Below are positions 40,801 to 51,200 of a stretch of 64,000 nt of DNA, in pieces. Each line of letters opens with the position of its first letter. Positions within the stretch are counted from its first letter, which is position 1. The notes below the pieces were generated by a model. The model did not search any database and was not told the origin of the DNA. It saw only the letters and a list, made by a program, of their open reading frames with translations. The translations under genes were made by a program, and so were the position numbers. Source of the DNA: Ascidiella aspersa (taxonomy: Eukaryota); the NCBI GenBank assembly GCA_963924565.1, contig OZ004612.1, positions 29,636,001 through 29,700,000 of the forward strand. The letters run 5' to 3'.

Positions 40801-43800
40801 TCCTCAAGGTCAACTTGGTATATGATCAAGGTCCCCGGTTGGGGAATTCTCCTTCGCTTTGAACCACGTGTTACCAAAACACCGTTGTGGAACCACCTTT
40901 GAACGTAACGAGTTTTGTCAGTGAAACGAAAAGCAATGTTACTTACTGAGCAAACCCTACAAACCTGCATTGTTATTTGTGTTCGGTAATCTCTACAAAG
41001 ACTTTTTTGGTAACTATATTTGTTGGGCGCGTTTCTTACAAACACTTTTTAACATCAAGAAATTCCTTGGTTGCAACTTAAATTAGTTTATTAATCGGCA
41101 GAAAAATAATTTCCATTGCTATTAGGCTCGATAGGAACGATATTAAGAACGACCTGTTATAGTTTGTTCCCAACAATAATTTATATAGTGTCTAGTGGAT
41201 TTTTGACATTTAGATGTCTTGATTATTTCGGTAACTTGGATACGATTGCACAATTATGCAATTTTCTTTAGCAAGTTTTTACTTAACAATTAAAAATATG
41301 TTTTTTGTAACTAATTTATAATTTTCAGTAAATCTGATAACATTAGTCGACTTATCAATGATTTGTACTGTAGGCCTTCAAATGACTATATAACCGAAAT
41401 TATAGTTGAATAATTGAGTTTATAAGGAATGCAGTGTAAGCAAGACAGGAAAAACAATTAGTCTGCGGCGGGGTTCGAACTTACGACCCCGGGTCCGTCG
41501 CTCTACCAACTAAGCTACACACGCGAATATGTGTTTACCTGTACGTAATATTGCTCGGGTACCCAACAGCCTCGCAAGTAAAGAGAACGTTGTTGCTTTC
41601 TCGAACCGTGGAATCTTCTGGAAACTTGCTGATTCGAGGAGGGGCTGCTCGTAAACAATTCACCATTATTACACGAACAATTAATCATTATCTATACTGT
41701 GTATATAACCAACCAAACTAAATAGTTAAATTACACGTTATGGCGTTTGTTTTAAAGGGATTTATTTGAAAACATATTTTTTTACTCTTATGAGTTATTG
41801 CATGAAGACGACGTTAATGCCTCATATAGAAGGCGTTATTACTCATTCTGTCTGTTTTTCACACATTGTTTCATATCGCTAAATCCTTGGTAATTAAGTG
41901 GTAAATTTACCCGAGGATTAACTCCTATTTAGTCAGCAATTTGTCAGCCAATTTTCACTGTCAGCTGCATATTAGGTTTGTTGATAAGTTTTCTGTGTGA
42001 GTGACTTGTGTATAACGCAAAATATCGTGCGACTTACACTTTAACACCAACGCAATGAACTTTAACTAACAGTGTGTTACTAGCGTATGTAATATGAAGC
42101 CTTAAACTTTTAACTTGCAACTTGCCACCGTACAGTGTTGAAAGCAAGCTGGTGATATTTCATGACATGGAGTAAAGCCACTTTTTTAAGAACATTTAGG
42201 GCGTTGTAAATCGAAAATCAAAATTCCAATAGTATGAAGTAAAACATACCCGACTATATCGAATGAAACAAAAATCTTTAGGTGAGAATTTTAAATATTT
42301 TGCCTTTTTGGGATGTACCTTAAATCGACCACTACTTTATGCCTGAGAGTCATCATCATGAATTGTTCGCCATACCGTTTTTGACCACAAATAAACAGTT
42401 ATCTCTATTTACCAAGATCAAAAATTATAACATTTAAATTATCCTGTGTTGATTAGCGTTCAACTTATAATACATATTATAAAAAAGTTCCATTGGCTCT
42501 TACCGGACACATAGACCATGGTTGTTCTTTGTATAGATCCCTCCACACTTCCAGCCCTACACGTATATTTTCCCGCGTGTGTTCTCGATAGCGATGTTAT
42601 GCGAAGTGTCCCACCATCGACTGTAACGCCCTTCTGCATAAAAGAAAAGGCAAATTCCTTAAGGTACATTGGGATAATGTAATCTAACATCATAATATTT
42701 GCATGATTTAATTAGCGTTGTGTGCCGCGCACCCTGAAACACTGGTTTTCGTATAAAAGAAAGCGTGAATTACTTCAATACCACAAAATTGACTAAGTAT
42801 GTGTTTTAGAGGTACGTTGCGGTAATGCACATAACTTTGTAACACTGTTGAATGGTATCTGTAGAGCAGTATGTCGCGCTGTAAAAAAATACTAGTTTTT
42901 ATAAACAAAAGAGTTTAGGATTTCCTTGTTTTTCCAAAAGTGGACTTCTATAGTGAGGAAAATTACCACACTAAACACCCAGTCATACATGAATTGCTTG
43001 TAGGATAACCTTGCCTAATTAGTTCGCAATTTATGAAGAATAGTCGAATGGGGGCTGTTCTAGCATTCCAAACACATTTTTGTCCGGGCGTTTATATTGC
43101 TGACATTAATTGGGTAAGGGTGCGTCAAGTATTATAATTATATTCATCCTCCCGATTTTAGCTGATCTTTGCAATTTCAATTTTGACAACTCGTTTCGTT
43201 AGTTTAAATAAAGTGGTGGGATTCTAGACCAGCGTCGCCGAATGTGTACTATACTGACAAGTATTTTCCTTTTCATTGTAAATTATCAAATAAATGTAAG
43301 ATATGCCGCTTTATAAAGTCAAACGTGCTAAGGGTACAAAGAACTATATTACAATTCGCTCCCGAAAACTAAATTTCAAAGTTTAAAACTCCAGTAAGTC
43401 GTTGTGGTTGTAAAACCCATATGGTAAATCGTGTATAATATAAATAAACAAACAGCAGCTATGCACAATGGACACCAGTTGTCGCGAACAAGTTGTTTAT
43501 ACTTGCAACACGTGTGAAGTAAGCATGTGCCTTGTGGGTAATGCGACCAGTGATAATTGAATTAGAAATCTTAAAACTGCGTTGCCAGCGTTCGTCAAGT
43601 CTTTGTTTATTGACTGATCTGCTTTGTTGATACAAAATTAAACTTTACTAGCAATAGAGGATTAAATTCTTTAGTGATAATTCTTGTATTGTTGCCACTT
43701 ATACAATTTTTTAACAGTGTCTCCAGAAAACTTAATTCTGCCTTAAACAAGCAAATTACAGAGTTTTAAAACTAAGTACATTGATGTTATTATACAATAT

Positions 43801-46278
43801 TCTTCGAAATTTCGAAAATTTGTAAAGCTGTAATTTGAGTTTGGCAAATTTAATATGCGTTTTTTTTTAAAGTGACATTTATTTACCTTTTGCAATGAGT
43901 CAAATACAATTACGAAATATGATGGATTAAACTCATATGTAAAATTGTTTTCCGGCAATTTTTTTATTATATGTGCCAACGTTTCGATAACCTATCCAAG
44001 AAATTTTTATCAGGGCAATGAACTTGCAACATTTATCTAAAAAACTTTTTTCCTGAAGAAGAATTTTACAATTGATACAATACCTGGCAGCAACAGTATA
44101 TTCATTTTAGTGAAATCTTTCGAAATTTATTTACACAAAGTTGTTTACGCAAAATATAACAGCCTGAGGGTTTTCACAGTTGGCTTCAACTTCACAAAAT
44201 CTTTGAATTACAACCGACAAGAAGGCGTTAGCTAAGGTAGACGTTGCATCGTTTCACCAATTTATCTAATGTTTGCTAAACAAGCGATCATCCCACTCTT
44301 AACGCTATAGGCTCGGTATGATTGATTAACCTGTTAATGTCCAACACCTGTGCTGATATTACCCAGGGTTAAATTTTAGCTTTGCGTGGCACGGATATTT
44401 TTTTAACATAATGTTTGGATTACAAAGAAGGCATAGGCACATCAGGTTTTTTGGCGTGCACTTAAAATATTATAATTCTGTGTTATTCGACATTTTGTCA
44501 ACCTAGAAAATTAAATTTAGTATTTCCTCAGATTCAGACTTTAAACATACACACCTAGTATCCATTACTCAAATATGTGGATTTATAGCAAAATTAATAT
44601 AAAAAAACTAAGAACAACTCTTAAAAAAAAGATATCTTTTTCAAAAGGTCAAATGGAATCGTTTCACAATGTACATGCTGTATTGCCATTTCCAAACATC
44701 ATTATAGTTAATTTAAAGGTTTCGCATTCTTTTTAATGACTCATTTATGAACAGTTAGGTTAAAACAGAAACTTAATGCGTTTTACTTCCGCATTTGAAG
44801 CATACTTTCCACATAATGCAGTTTCAAACACAGGCCTTAGTTTGCACCATCGGTTTCAGAATGCTTTTAGCAGCAAGGTACCATAAGCATTACGTCAGTT
44901 CAAATTTTTCGATTGATTTTTACGTTGCATGGTGAAGGGTTCCAGGATTGAGAGAGATTACTCCGCGGTGTCTGGGCGCTTCGGTGCTTTGTTAATTGAA
45001 ACGCTCGACAGCGTACCACAAAATTGATATTGACGTTTTAAAAATAAAACAGAAATTTTGAAATATCTATGTGAAGGCGTTAAACTTCACATTTTTTATA
45101 TTTTCATCAATTTGTATTCTTGCATCAATAGATATATTAAACATAATTAGGGATTTTTAGAAATTGACAACCAGATAATCTGAAGTAACGACAAAAAACG
45201 CTTATAGAAGCTAAACTTAATGTAAAATCTATATTGCCTCATTTTTTAAATTCAATTTAATGTTATTTTAGCGACGAGATGATTTGGGCATTTATAGGAC
45301 TCGTAATATAAAAAATATATGTAAAGAATTCTTACGCATATAGAACTAAATATTATAATTTCTATATTGCAAAAGTTTTAATTTTAATAGAATGGTGTTC
45401 CAGCAGCAAACTATAACATACACTTTGCTTCCTAATACGGTTTTTACCGTCTGTTCGAAGTTTTTCGTTTAAGGTTGCGTTTAAACGATCATTATCCAAT
45501 CACAAACTGTTTAGGAAATCCGCCTACACTGTCCGCGCCTTTCAAAAAATGCTTTTAAATATTTGCCGTTTCACTCTGCCGCGTACGCAGTCATGCAGAA
45601 CGACACGTACATACATGACCTCACGGCACCGTTTTGTCGCGTCACAATACTTGCAGACTTCATTACTATTGCAAACATCTTTCCACTGTTTTAAAGATAA
45701 ATCTAACCATATTTTATAGAGGTTTCATAGGCTTACGTGTGCCACAATTAAATTACAGACCTGAGATAGTAACGTCTATCAACATGAAGATAAAAAATGT
45801 TTTCCATAACCCTTGATCTCAGCAATCAGGCGTAAAGTATTTTGTGTACTTATGAAACAAAAAATACAGCTTCAGACGCACAGCCATTTGTATATGGTCA
45901 AAACTACACGATAAGTGAATTTTAGAATAAGATAAACCACAACTTTATTTTCTATGAAATTTTTGGTTTTGTTACTTGCGCGCAATGGAATTACGGACCC
46001 AAAATTGTAACGTCTATCGACATGAAAATAAAATCCAAGCGTTTTCCATAGGTCTTTTTATCACCAATCAGGCGTTTGTACCATGTAGCATTTTGTATGC
46101 GCAAAACTACACGAAATTTAAACCGCAAAATTCACCTGATTTCCGTAAATCCTCGCCCCATCTTTCCACCACGTGATCACAGGTGCGGGGACGCCCCTAG
46201 CTTGACACTTGAGCAGAAGGGGATTCCCCATTCGACCGTCGTATCTCGGCGGGAGGTATTTGGTGAAAGTGGGCGGTG
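22731..46278 (-). CDS. IGSF9: IGSF9/turtle (Dasm1)-family Ig/FN3 single-pass cell-adhesion protein; 23 exons visible, 5'-incomplete (signal peptide and Ig1 not found in window)
   Basis: Manual splicing of 23 GT-AG exons with matching phases gives one open frame of 4529 nt. Domains: Ig2-Ig5, FN3 with WDPGFDGGYPQHF, second FN3, STKGLSAYP stalk, TM, and cytoplasmic NYEWDSEF and RCAVLRQEFLYFR, which match vertebrate IGSF9 motifs as I recall them. IGSF9 versus IGSF9B cannot be distinguished; it is probably a pre-duplication co-orthologue. Confidence 0.93.
23404..23462 (-). CDS. IGSF9: IGSF9 penultimate coding exon (GTTGSNDDSDDQTRQDIER)
   Basis: Acceptor tttag, donor gtacta, phase 0 to 2. Confidence 0.83.
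23846..23959 (-). CDS. IGSF9: IGSF9 cytoplasmic exon (ELRDELLKF...ITSPF)
   Basis: Acceptor tttcag, donor gtgagt, phase 0 to 0. Confidence 0.85.
24532..24658 (-). CDS. IGSF9: IGSF9 cytoplasmic exon with conserved DNYEWDSEF motif
   Basis: Acceptor tgtag after a 65-bp intron, donor gtgagt, phase 2 to 0. Encodes SSIEDNYEWDSEFAMESEILEAL. Confidence 0.92.
24724..24898 (-). CDS. IGSF9: IGSF9 cytoplasmic exon (GSGPEQIL...SLSSGYVTQ...QSER)
   Basis: Acceptor ctatag, donor gtaaaa, phase 1 to 2. Confidence 0.85.
24943..25258. mobile_element. Non-autonomous hAT-type MITE, family A
   Basis: TIRs CAGGGATGTCCAAC / GTTGGACACCCCTG and a perfect 8-bp TSD CTGTAACG (24935-42 and 25259-66). Homologous to 46746-47070. 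Confidence 0.9.
25403..25737. mobile_element. hAT-type MITE with family-B-like TIRs
   Basis: CAGTGGTTCTTAAGC ... GGTTGAGAAATACTG, with a degenerate TSD (TTTTATGT/TTTTAGCT). Confidence 0.7.
25879..26734 (-). CDS. IGSF9: IGSF9 large cytoplasmic exon (Ser/Arg/Pro-rich)
   Basis: Acceptor ttttaag, donor gtaact, phase 0 to 1. Corresponds to ORF 25841-26728. Confidence 0.88.
27377..27438 (-). CDS. IGSF9: IGSF9 cytoplasmic mini-exon (GPDPVDYNVGRSLTPRVADME)
   Basis: Acceptor tacaag, donor gtaagt, phase 1 to 0. Bridges the phases of the neighbouring exons. Confidence 0.8.
28022..28639 (-). CDS. IGSF9: IGSF9 cytoplasmic exon, low-complexity Ser-rich
   Basis: Acceptor tttag, donor gtgagt, phase 1 to 1. 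Overlaps ORF 28014-28595. Confidence 0.88.
28959..29171 (-). CDS. IGSF9: IGSF9 cytoplasmic exon (GEDYCLLRPYDGRREE...); alternative in-frame donor would end the exon at 29004
   Basis: Acceptor cccaag, donor gtacag (two candidates 45 nt apart), phase 1 to 1. Confidence 0.8.
29603..29757 (-). CDS. IGSF9: IGSF9 cytoplasmic exon (CDVNDPTNP...EAEISE)
   Basis: Acceptor catag, donor gtgaga, phase 2 to 1. GC-rich open frame. Confidence 0.78.
29904..30002. repeat. Short intronic inverted repeat (foldback)
   Basis: AAAGTCAAAAAGGT..AGATCGACA and TGTCGATCT..ACCTTTTTGACTTT. Confidence 0.65.
30060..30102 (-). CDS. IGSF9: IGSF9 cytoplasmic mini-exon (ETSVESFTSSDQRE)
   Basis: Acceptor tttcag, donor gtaagt, phase 1 to 2. 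Required to keep phase with the next exon. Confidence 0.78.
30243..30316 (+). tRNA. tRNA-like element (Thr-like, anticodon GGT), copy 1; possibly tRNA-derived repeat or pseudogene
   Basis: Folds as acceptor GCCTGTG/CACAGGT, D GCTC/GAGT, anticodon CGGTC/GACCG with loop CCGGTAT, T GTAAG/CTTAC. A and B boxes present; TTTT follows. C33 and one extra base before the anticodon stem are non-canonical. Confidence 0.6.
30382..30455 (+). tRNA. tRNA-like element (anticodon GGT), tandem copy 2
   Basis: Second copy of a 139-bp tandem unit. T-stem GTGAG/CTCAC, B box GTTCGAACC, TTTTT downstream. One mismatch each in the anticodon and acceptor stems. Confidence 0.55.
30671..30850 (-). CDS. IGSF9: IGSF9 transmembrane exon (GLSAYP...PVTIGIVVGSLVILLIVALVVLWRCRHR...)
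   Basis: Acceptor ttacag, donor gttagt, phase 1 to 1. A hydrophobic helix of about 22 aa is followed by a basic stop-transfer segment. Confidence 0.93.
31652..31840 (-). CDS. IGSF9: IGSF9 exon, end of insert (RNKR) and FN3-2 C-half (WKTLD...YEFQVVA...STK)
   Basis: Acceptor tttag, donor gtatcc, phase 1 to 1. Confidence 0.9.
32682..32915 (-). CDS. IGSF9: IGSF9 exon, linker and FN3-2 N-half plus start of loop insert
   Basis: Acceptor ccag, donor gtaagt, phase 1 to 1. Encodes LAWRPP...GYLLEFR. Confidence 0.92.
33858..34033 (-). CDS. IGSF9: IGSF9 exon, FN3-1 C-half (YKEADKG...LKPDTFYQFSVIAESKAGKGHFS...)
   Basis: Acceptor cctag, donor gtaagg, phase 2 to 1. LxPxTxYQFSV FN3 motif. Confidence 0.94.
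34482..34596 (-). CDS. IGSF9: IGSF9 exon, FN3-1 N-half (YTSPH...WDPGFDGGYPQHFLLW)
   Basis: Acceptor ttaacag, donor gtatgg, phase 1 to 2. Confidence 0.94.
35361..35511 (-). CDS. IGSF9: IGSF9 exon, Ig5 C-half (TQGK...RKEHHGLWQCVISNAVG...)
   Basis: Acceptor acag, donor gtaagc, phase 0 to 1. HGxWxC motif. Confidence 0.93.
36093..36350 (-). CDS. IGSF9: IGSF9 exon, Ig4 C-half and Ig5 N-half (DPRLSTDGNGSL...GTYTCTPYN...PCGGDGDPRPTVTWVK)
   Basis: Acceptor cccag, donor gtgagc, phase 0 to 0. The GTYTCTPYN motif is characteristic of the family. Confidence 0.95.
36405..36492. repeat. Member of a dispersed AT-rich repeat family (also about 15484-15542, 36640-36700, 51250-51320, 56497-56558)
   Basis: Shared TACAGAAG...TTTGAA...CATTTTCAACAT and GTAAGACGTA...AGCCCATACAGAAGT blocks. 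Confidence 0.6.
37095..37237 (-). CDS. IGSF9: IGSF9 exon, Ig4 N-half (YAARVQDMP...YCPAVGVPPVSKVTWKKQG)
   Basis: Acceptor tcag, donor gtgagt, phase 1 to 0. Confidence 0.92.
38922..38985. repeat. 25-bp tandem repeat, about 2.5 copies
   Basis: TGTTTTAAAAGTGTTTTTTGAATAT units. Confidence 0.85.
40426..40710. repeat. 29-bp minisatellite, about 10 copies (TTGAATTGTGAAAACAGCAAAATTTTCAT)
   Basis: Directly visible tandem units with no spacers. Ends about 12 bp from the donor at 40722. Confidence 0.95.
40724..40896 (-). CDS. IGSF9: IGSF9 exon, Ig3 C-half (WFHNG...DDGQVTCEASNG...SASLIVQ)
   Basis: Acceptor aaag, donor gtaagt, phase 2 to 1. Confidence 0.92.
41460..41524 (-). pseudogene. Degenerate third copy of the tRNA-like element (part of anticodon arm deleted)
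   Basis: Reverse complement GCGTGTGTAGCTTAGTTGGTAGAGCGACGGACCCGGGGTCGTAAGTTCGAACC aligns to 30243 and 30382. A T5 run follows. Confidence 0.65.
41539..41644 (-). CDS. IGSF9: IGSF9 exon, Ig3 N-half (APPRISKFPEDSTVRESNNVLFTCEAVGYPSNITYR)
   Basis: Acceptor gcag, donor gtaaac, phase 1 to 2. The CEAxxYPxNxTY pattern is typical of IGSF9 Ig3. Confidence 0.92.
42504..42633 (-). CDS. IGSF9: IGSF9 exon, Ig2 C-half (KGVTVDGGTLRI...HAGKYTCRA...)
   Basis: Acceptor gcag (NAGNAG), donor gtaaga, phase 0 to 1. G-x-Y-x-C Ig motif. Confidence 0.92.
45695..46120. repeat. Diverged tandem duplication next to the donor of exon 46136
   Basis: GTAACGTCTATC.ACATGAA, CAATCAGGCGT and CAAAACTACACGA each occur twice. 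Confidence 0.8.
46136..46278 (-). CDS. IGSF9: IGSF9 exon, Ig2 N-half (PPTFTKYLPP...KCQARGVPAPVITWWKDG...GNQ)
   Basis: Acceptor ttttcag, donor gtgaat, phase 1 to 0. Contains the Ig B-strand Cys and C-strand Trp. Not in the frame shown by the ORF track. Confidence 0.92.
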
Positions 46279-46745
46279 CTGAAAAGGCAAAAATACATTA
46301 TAAAGTACTGTGTTTTGATATTCAAATATGTTAACACAACCAGCGCTATTTAAGCCAATAAAACCCACCTATTGTTGATAACAATACGATATGTGGCATA
46401 AAAACGATATTTCGAAAGTTTGTTTTAAGAGTCCGATTCTAATGATAAGACTCACTCAAACACATAAATTAAAGTCGACACCTTTTATTACAACTTAGAA
46501 CACACCATAAGATATTTCTAACATCTCATTTAACATCTATATTAAACTTTGCTCTACACTAACTATAGTCTACTCTATAATTTGTATCATTCACGTTAAA
46601 GATTAAAGAAAAAAACTGTGATCTTTGTGAAAAACACCCTTTAAAAATGACATTTCGATTATAAATGGAAAATTTTACTGTTTTAACTGCAAAAAATCGC
46701 AGATTTTAAAACAATTACCCCCGAAAAAGGAAATACTCTCTAGAA

Positions 46746-47070
46746 CAGGGGTGTCCAACATGAGGTACGCGTGCCAAATGTGGCACGTCACTTAATAAAA
46801 AATGACACGCAAGCCCTCAAAAATTACAGCCAATTGTCAAAAAGCTTAATTTGTTGTACAGCCAATTGTCATTGTTTATTAAGAATACAAAACGATTCCA
46901 GCAATTATACGACAACAAACAATTACTTCTGATATTATAACATTATACTGTTTTATTTTTTGTGTAAAAACGCTTTTAATATTAGAAAAAAGTAGTTGCT
47001 AAACTTTGGCACAGGAAGAAGTTCTAAGATAAAAATTGGCACGTCGGTATATTTGACTTAGACACCCCTT
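46746..47070. mobile_element. hAT-type MITE, family A copy 2
   Basis: CAGGGGTGTCCAAC ... GACACCCCT. TSD CTCTAGAA/CTCTAAAA. Internal sequence is colinear with the copy at 24943. Confidence 0.88.
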
Positions 47071-47843
47071 CTCTAAAAGTTAATTATATAGAGTCGATAA
47101 CATACATGAAAGCAACGAACATATCGTAAGGTATTTTTACTATCTTAACCATAAATTATTAACATCTACAGTAAATCTGCTTTGTCATTGATATTTAATT
47201 GCCAGTTATTACGATTACGACCTTCAAACTATGCCTCGCTTTCTAATTGACAGGGTTCAATATTTGTTGAAGGGTCAGTTGGCATCAATAATCGCTGACT
47301 AATTTGTTTTCCAAATTATATTGCGTTGTTTATTCGTTCAGTTTTGGTTTCTTCCTTTCCAACCGACGTTTACTGAAGTAATAACGGCTTATTTAACGGC
47401 CCAGTTATATAAATGACTGACAGCACGAATAAAAAACATATTGCAAGCATCAAATGGCTGCTTTGATACTTAACCTGTCGAGCTTGATCGCTCAATACCA
47501 GTTGTAAGGACCCAAATTCCCAATAGAGGGATCATCCTTATTGTCTCTGTCAGTGAACTTATTGCTTGGGTCAATATATTGAACGGGCGTTTAAAGGATT
47601 TGTGTTATGGAAGAATTGTTGAGCTGAACAAAATGGTTTGTACAAAACCAACGGATAATTCTTTGTCGTCTCCTTTTATCAAATAAAAGTATACAATTCG
47701 AGCAGGATTTTGGTTATGGAAGTGTTGTTTAACTAACCAAAATGCCTTCAAATATCAACAATTTTTAATTTCGCAATTTTAACATATGTTTGTCACCTTC
47801 CCGTAAAACAGATACAAGTGTTGAACTAAAAACGAAAAGCCTG

Positions 47844-48264
47844 TAGTGGTTCTCTTAGGATATTTCCTTGCAGCGCCTCTTTTAAATCACCAACCAATTC
47901 TCGCACCCCCTTATGGTATTGCTTAAATAACAAAACCATTGTGATTTTCTTTTTATACAAGGCACTTGTAACACAGTAACATACAAAAATGTTTTTAATT
48001 ATACTTTGACCTGATGAAGCACGGTTGTGCGAAAGCTTGTCGAGAATCAAATACAATTTGTCTTTATACAGTGCCACCTGATTCCTCTATTTAGAATTAG
48101 ACAAATACGGCCATATACAAAGAATACCAAAATAGGAGGTAGTTTACATTAAATTAAGCACGGAAATAGCAAATGAATAAATTACAGTAATACATTTTCG
48201 GTGTCTGATCCAGCATCTCAGCACCCCCTTGAAACAGTTCAGCACCTCTGGTTAAAAACTCTGC
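47844..48264. mobile_element. Degenerate hAT-type MITE
   Basis: TAGTGGTTCTCT start and GGTTAAAAACTCTG end, with subterminal GCACCCC repeats. Confidence 0.45.
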
Positions 48265-51200
48265 TTTAGGGCTTTCTGCTCATCTATCATTTTATTTGCA
48301 CTTCCAACAACTCCGGGTATTGGCTTGATTTTCGGTTTAAATAAATATGTGGTTATTTTAGCGGATTCGAGTTATGCTGATTAAGGGGTGGGCAAAATCC
48401 GCTGTTACAATCCAGAAACAACAAAAGAGTAATGATGAACGAGATGGCAATAAATAAGGTATTGGCGCAACGAGCTGCCTTCAATGTGGCACCCAAACCT
48501 AAATTCGTTTAAAGTTAGTATGCTGACATTTATCCCCAGTGCTGCGAAATGAGAGTTATCAATATTCATGTAAAAATTACATCGACGAAATCCAGATATA
48601 GTTTTGTTACGTATTATAAGCACAACTTTTTTATAAGTTTTTGTTAAACAATGCAATGTTTTCTCAAGTCTAATTATTTTTTGACCGTTGCATAAGTTAA
48701 ATACAGTACGTTACGTTGCGGGTCTTTGAATTTTAAAAATGTATTTTGTTGTCTTTCAATTGGTTTGCGTATTGAAAGGTCTTTGAAAAACCCCATGTTT
48801 GAATAGTCTTTGAATTTATTTTTAGTGTGGGGCTTACGCTTTGTGTTCAGAAATTGCCGTAGTAAAATAAAATTGTTAAACAATTTCTAGTTGAATTGAC
48901 CATGGCATTTATACTGTTGTGTTTTCCAACTATGTTCAAAGCACGTCGAGATAATTTAATTTTAGGTCTTTCAAAACCTATAAACTTCCTTTGAAAATCT
49001 TTTTTAGTGTTGAAATTTATTTCATAAAAGTATGTGGCAACCCGCGTTTTAGTTTTATAGGCTGGCTACGACTTCGTAACCTTTTGCATAGCAACTTTGG
49101 CCCTACCAATCTACTTCAGTGGTATTTCAGGCGATGCATCCGGTAGATTATCGAAATTTCCTGTTATCTGCCTCGGAATCTTTGCAGCGCAATTTTCTAC
49201 AGTAAACGCCCAAACCACATCAATCGTCAGTTATGACTCTATACACTCTCGCTACGGCAAAAGGGGTTATTTCGAATAATATTGACTATGATTAGATGTA
49301 CATTGCCTATGAGAGTCGCCCCTTGCGAATAACCAAATCTGTATAGCTTTTTCATTTTACATGCGTAATTGAAAGGCGAATAAATACAACTAACTACTTT
49401 TTTTATTAACGATTCCAATCTTCAAAACATTGTTTATAGTCAAAACATTGTTTTTTCCTATTGATTACAACGTGTCCAGCAGGTGCTATTATAAAAAGTG
49501 CTTTACTTGATCATCATCGCACAAAGAAGTTGATGTAAAGACCAACTATAAGGTTTGCACTTGTTGCAACATCACTAAGTTGCTTTCTCAATTGGTCTTT
49601 ACCACCCTATTTTATTGTATAAAAATATTGTCCGGTTCTAAACTTTACTATTTGTTAATAGCGATAATATTCTTCTTTTTGGTTAAGCATGTTCGTGTCA
49701 TGTATCCTGTTATAAAGTGTCTATTTAAATTGAAAAACACACACACACACATATGTATAAATATATATATAACACATTCCTATAAGTAAAGGGTAAGTTG
49801 CCCTACATGTGTTTGTTATTGGCTGGTTTCAAACCATTACTAATTACAAGTTCAAAACTTGGCGGGAGCTTTTACTAGAACCCGTTTAACGCATGAAGTC
49901 TGCTTAGCGTCAGCTTTGCGTTTTCTTATCACCCCAAGTCTACAGACTCGCTTTGAACTTGTTGACCTAACCCGGGTTGGGTCAAAACTACTTTGAATTT
50001 AAACCAACCAACCAGAGCCCCGTGAACATCTACCCCAACCAATAAGAGATCTGCATTATTTGAACAACAACTTACATTCAAATTGCGTTTGTTATCTGTA
50101 GTAGTTTAAAAGATCTGCACGCCGCGATTTTTCAGATGAAGCAAAATCGTTATGTTAATTTGGTTTAAAGCAATTTACCAATACGGAGTCGTGATTTCAA
50201 AAATATGTCTACGAAGTTTAAATAGTAGTGCGTTTTTACACATAAATTAATAATGTTGATTTTCATCATTTCAGTTGAACAATATCAAGTCGAGTTTTTT
50301 TTTTGATGCGCATTTATCATATCATCATAAGTTAATGTGTCTCAATGGAATTCCGTCCTTCAAGACTTTGACATTTGATTTCAGACTATATTAAGGACCA
50401 TGCATCGTGCACCTAACAATACTTATACCTTTGGCTTCTATCAGATTCCTGTATGTCGAGATTTTACCGATTAAATGCGAGTATATGCGGATGGTCGTTA
50501 TTGGGCAATATACACATAACGGAATGACCCAGTTGACGCAATTAATCCCGAGCGTTTGGGTAAGCTCTCTCGGGACTGCATCAATTTGGAGCCACATAAT
50601 CAATTTTAATGAAATGTTTGTCGATTAAACCTCTAAGCCGTTGGTTTTAGGCCAATATTGATATTTCTCCCGCTGATTATTTAATTACACTTAAACTCGT
50701 AATACCGCGTATTAACTCTTGGAGTTAAGTCACAGAGTCAATAATTACTCAAGGGCAATGATGTCAGTCACAATTGGCAGAAGTTCGACATTAATGACAT
50801 CTATGTAAAACTGCTAGTTAAACATCAAAGTTAAACAAAGCTGATTTTGATTTAAAAATGACAATCTTCGTCACAAGACAACTCTAACTAGCATTAGGGA
50901 ATTTTTTTGCTGAAATATGAGGAAAATTAGATGAAATATCACATTACAAAAACAGTGAAATTCATCTCACCGTAATGGCGAACTAAGCGAATGGTTTTGT
51001 AGTATTGTGGCAGCAATTTTGCATCAATTTTATATTTGTTTCTGGCTTAACATTTTTGCAAAGCAGAAGTATGCTCTAAAATTGTTTCTGGAATAGGCTT
51101 TAAAATTACAAACGTTTTTCTGTTAAAGCGAATCCTTTTCCTATTCCAGTTGTTATATTTTTGCATCAGCTTTGATTTTATTTTGGGCGTGCAATATTCG

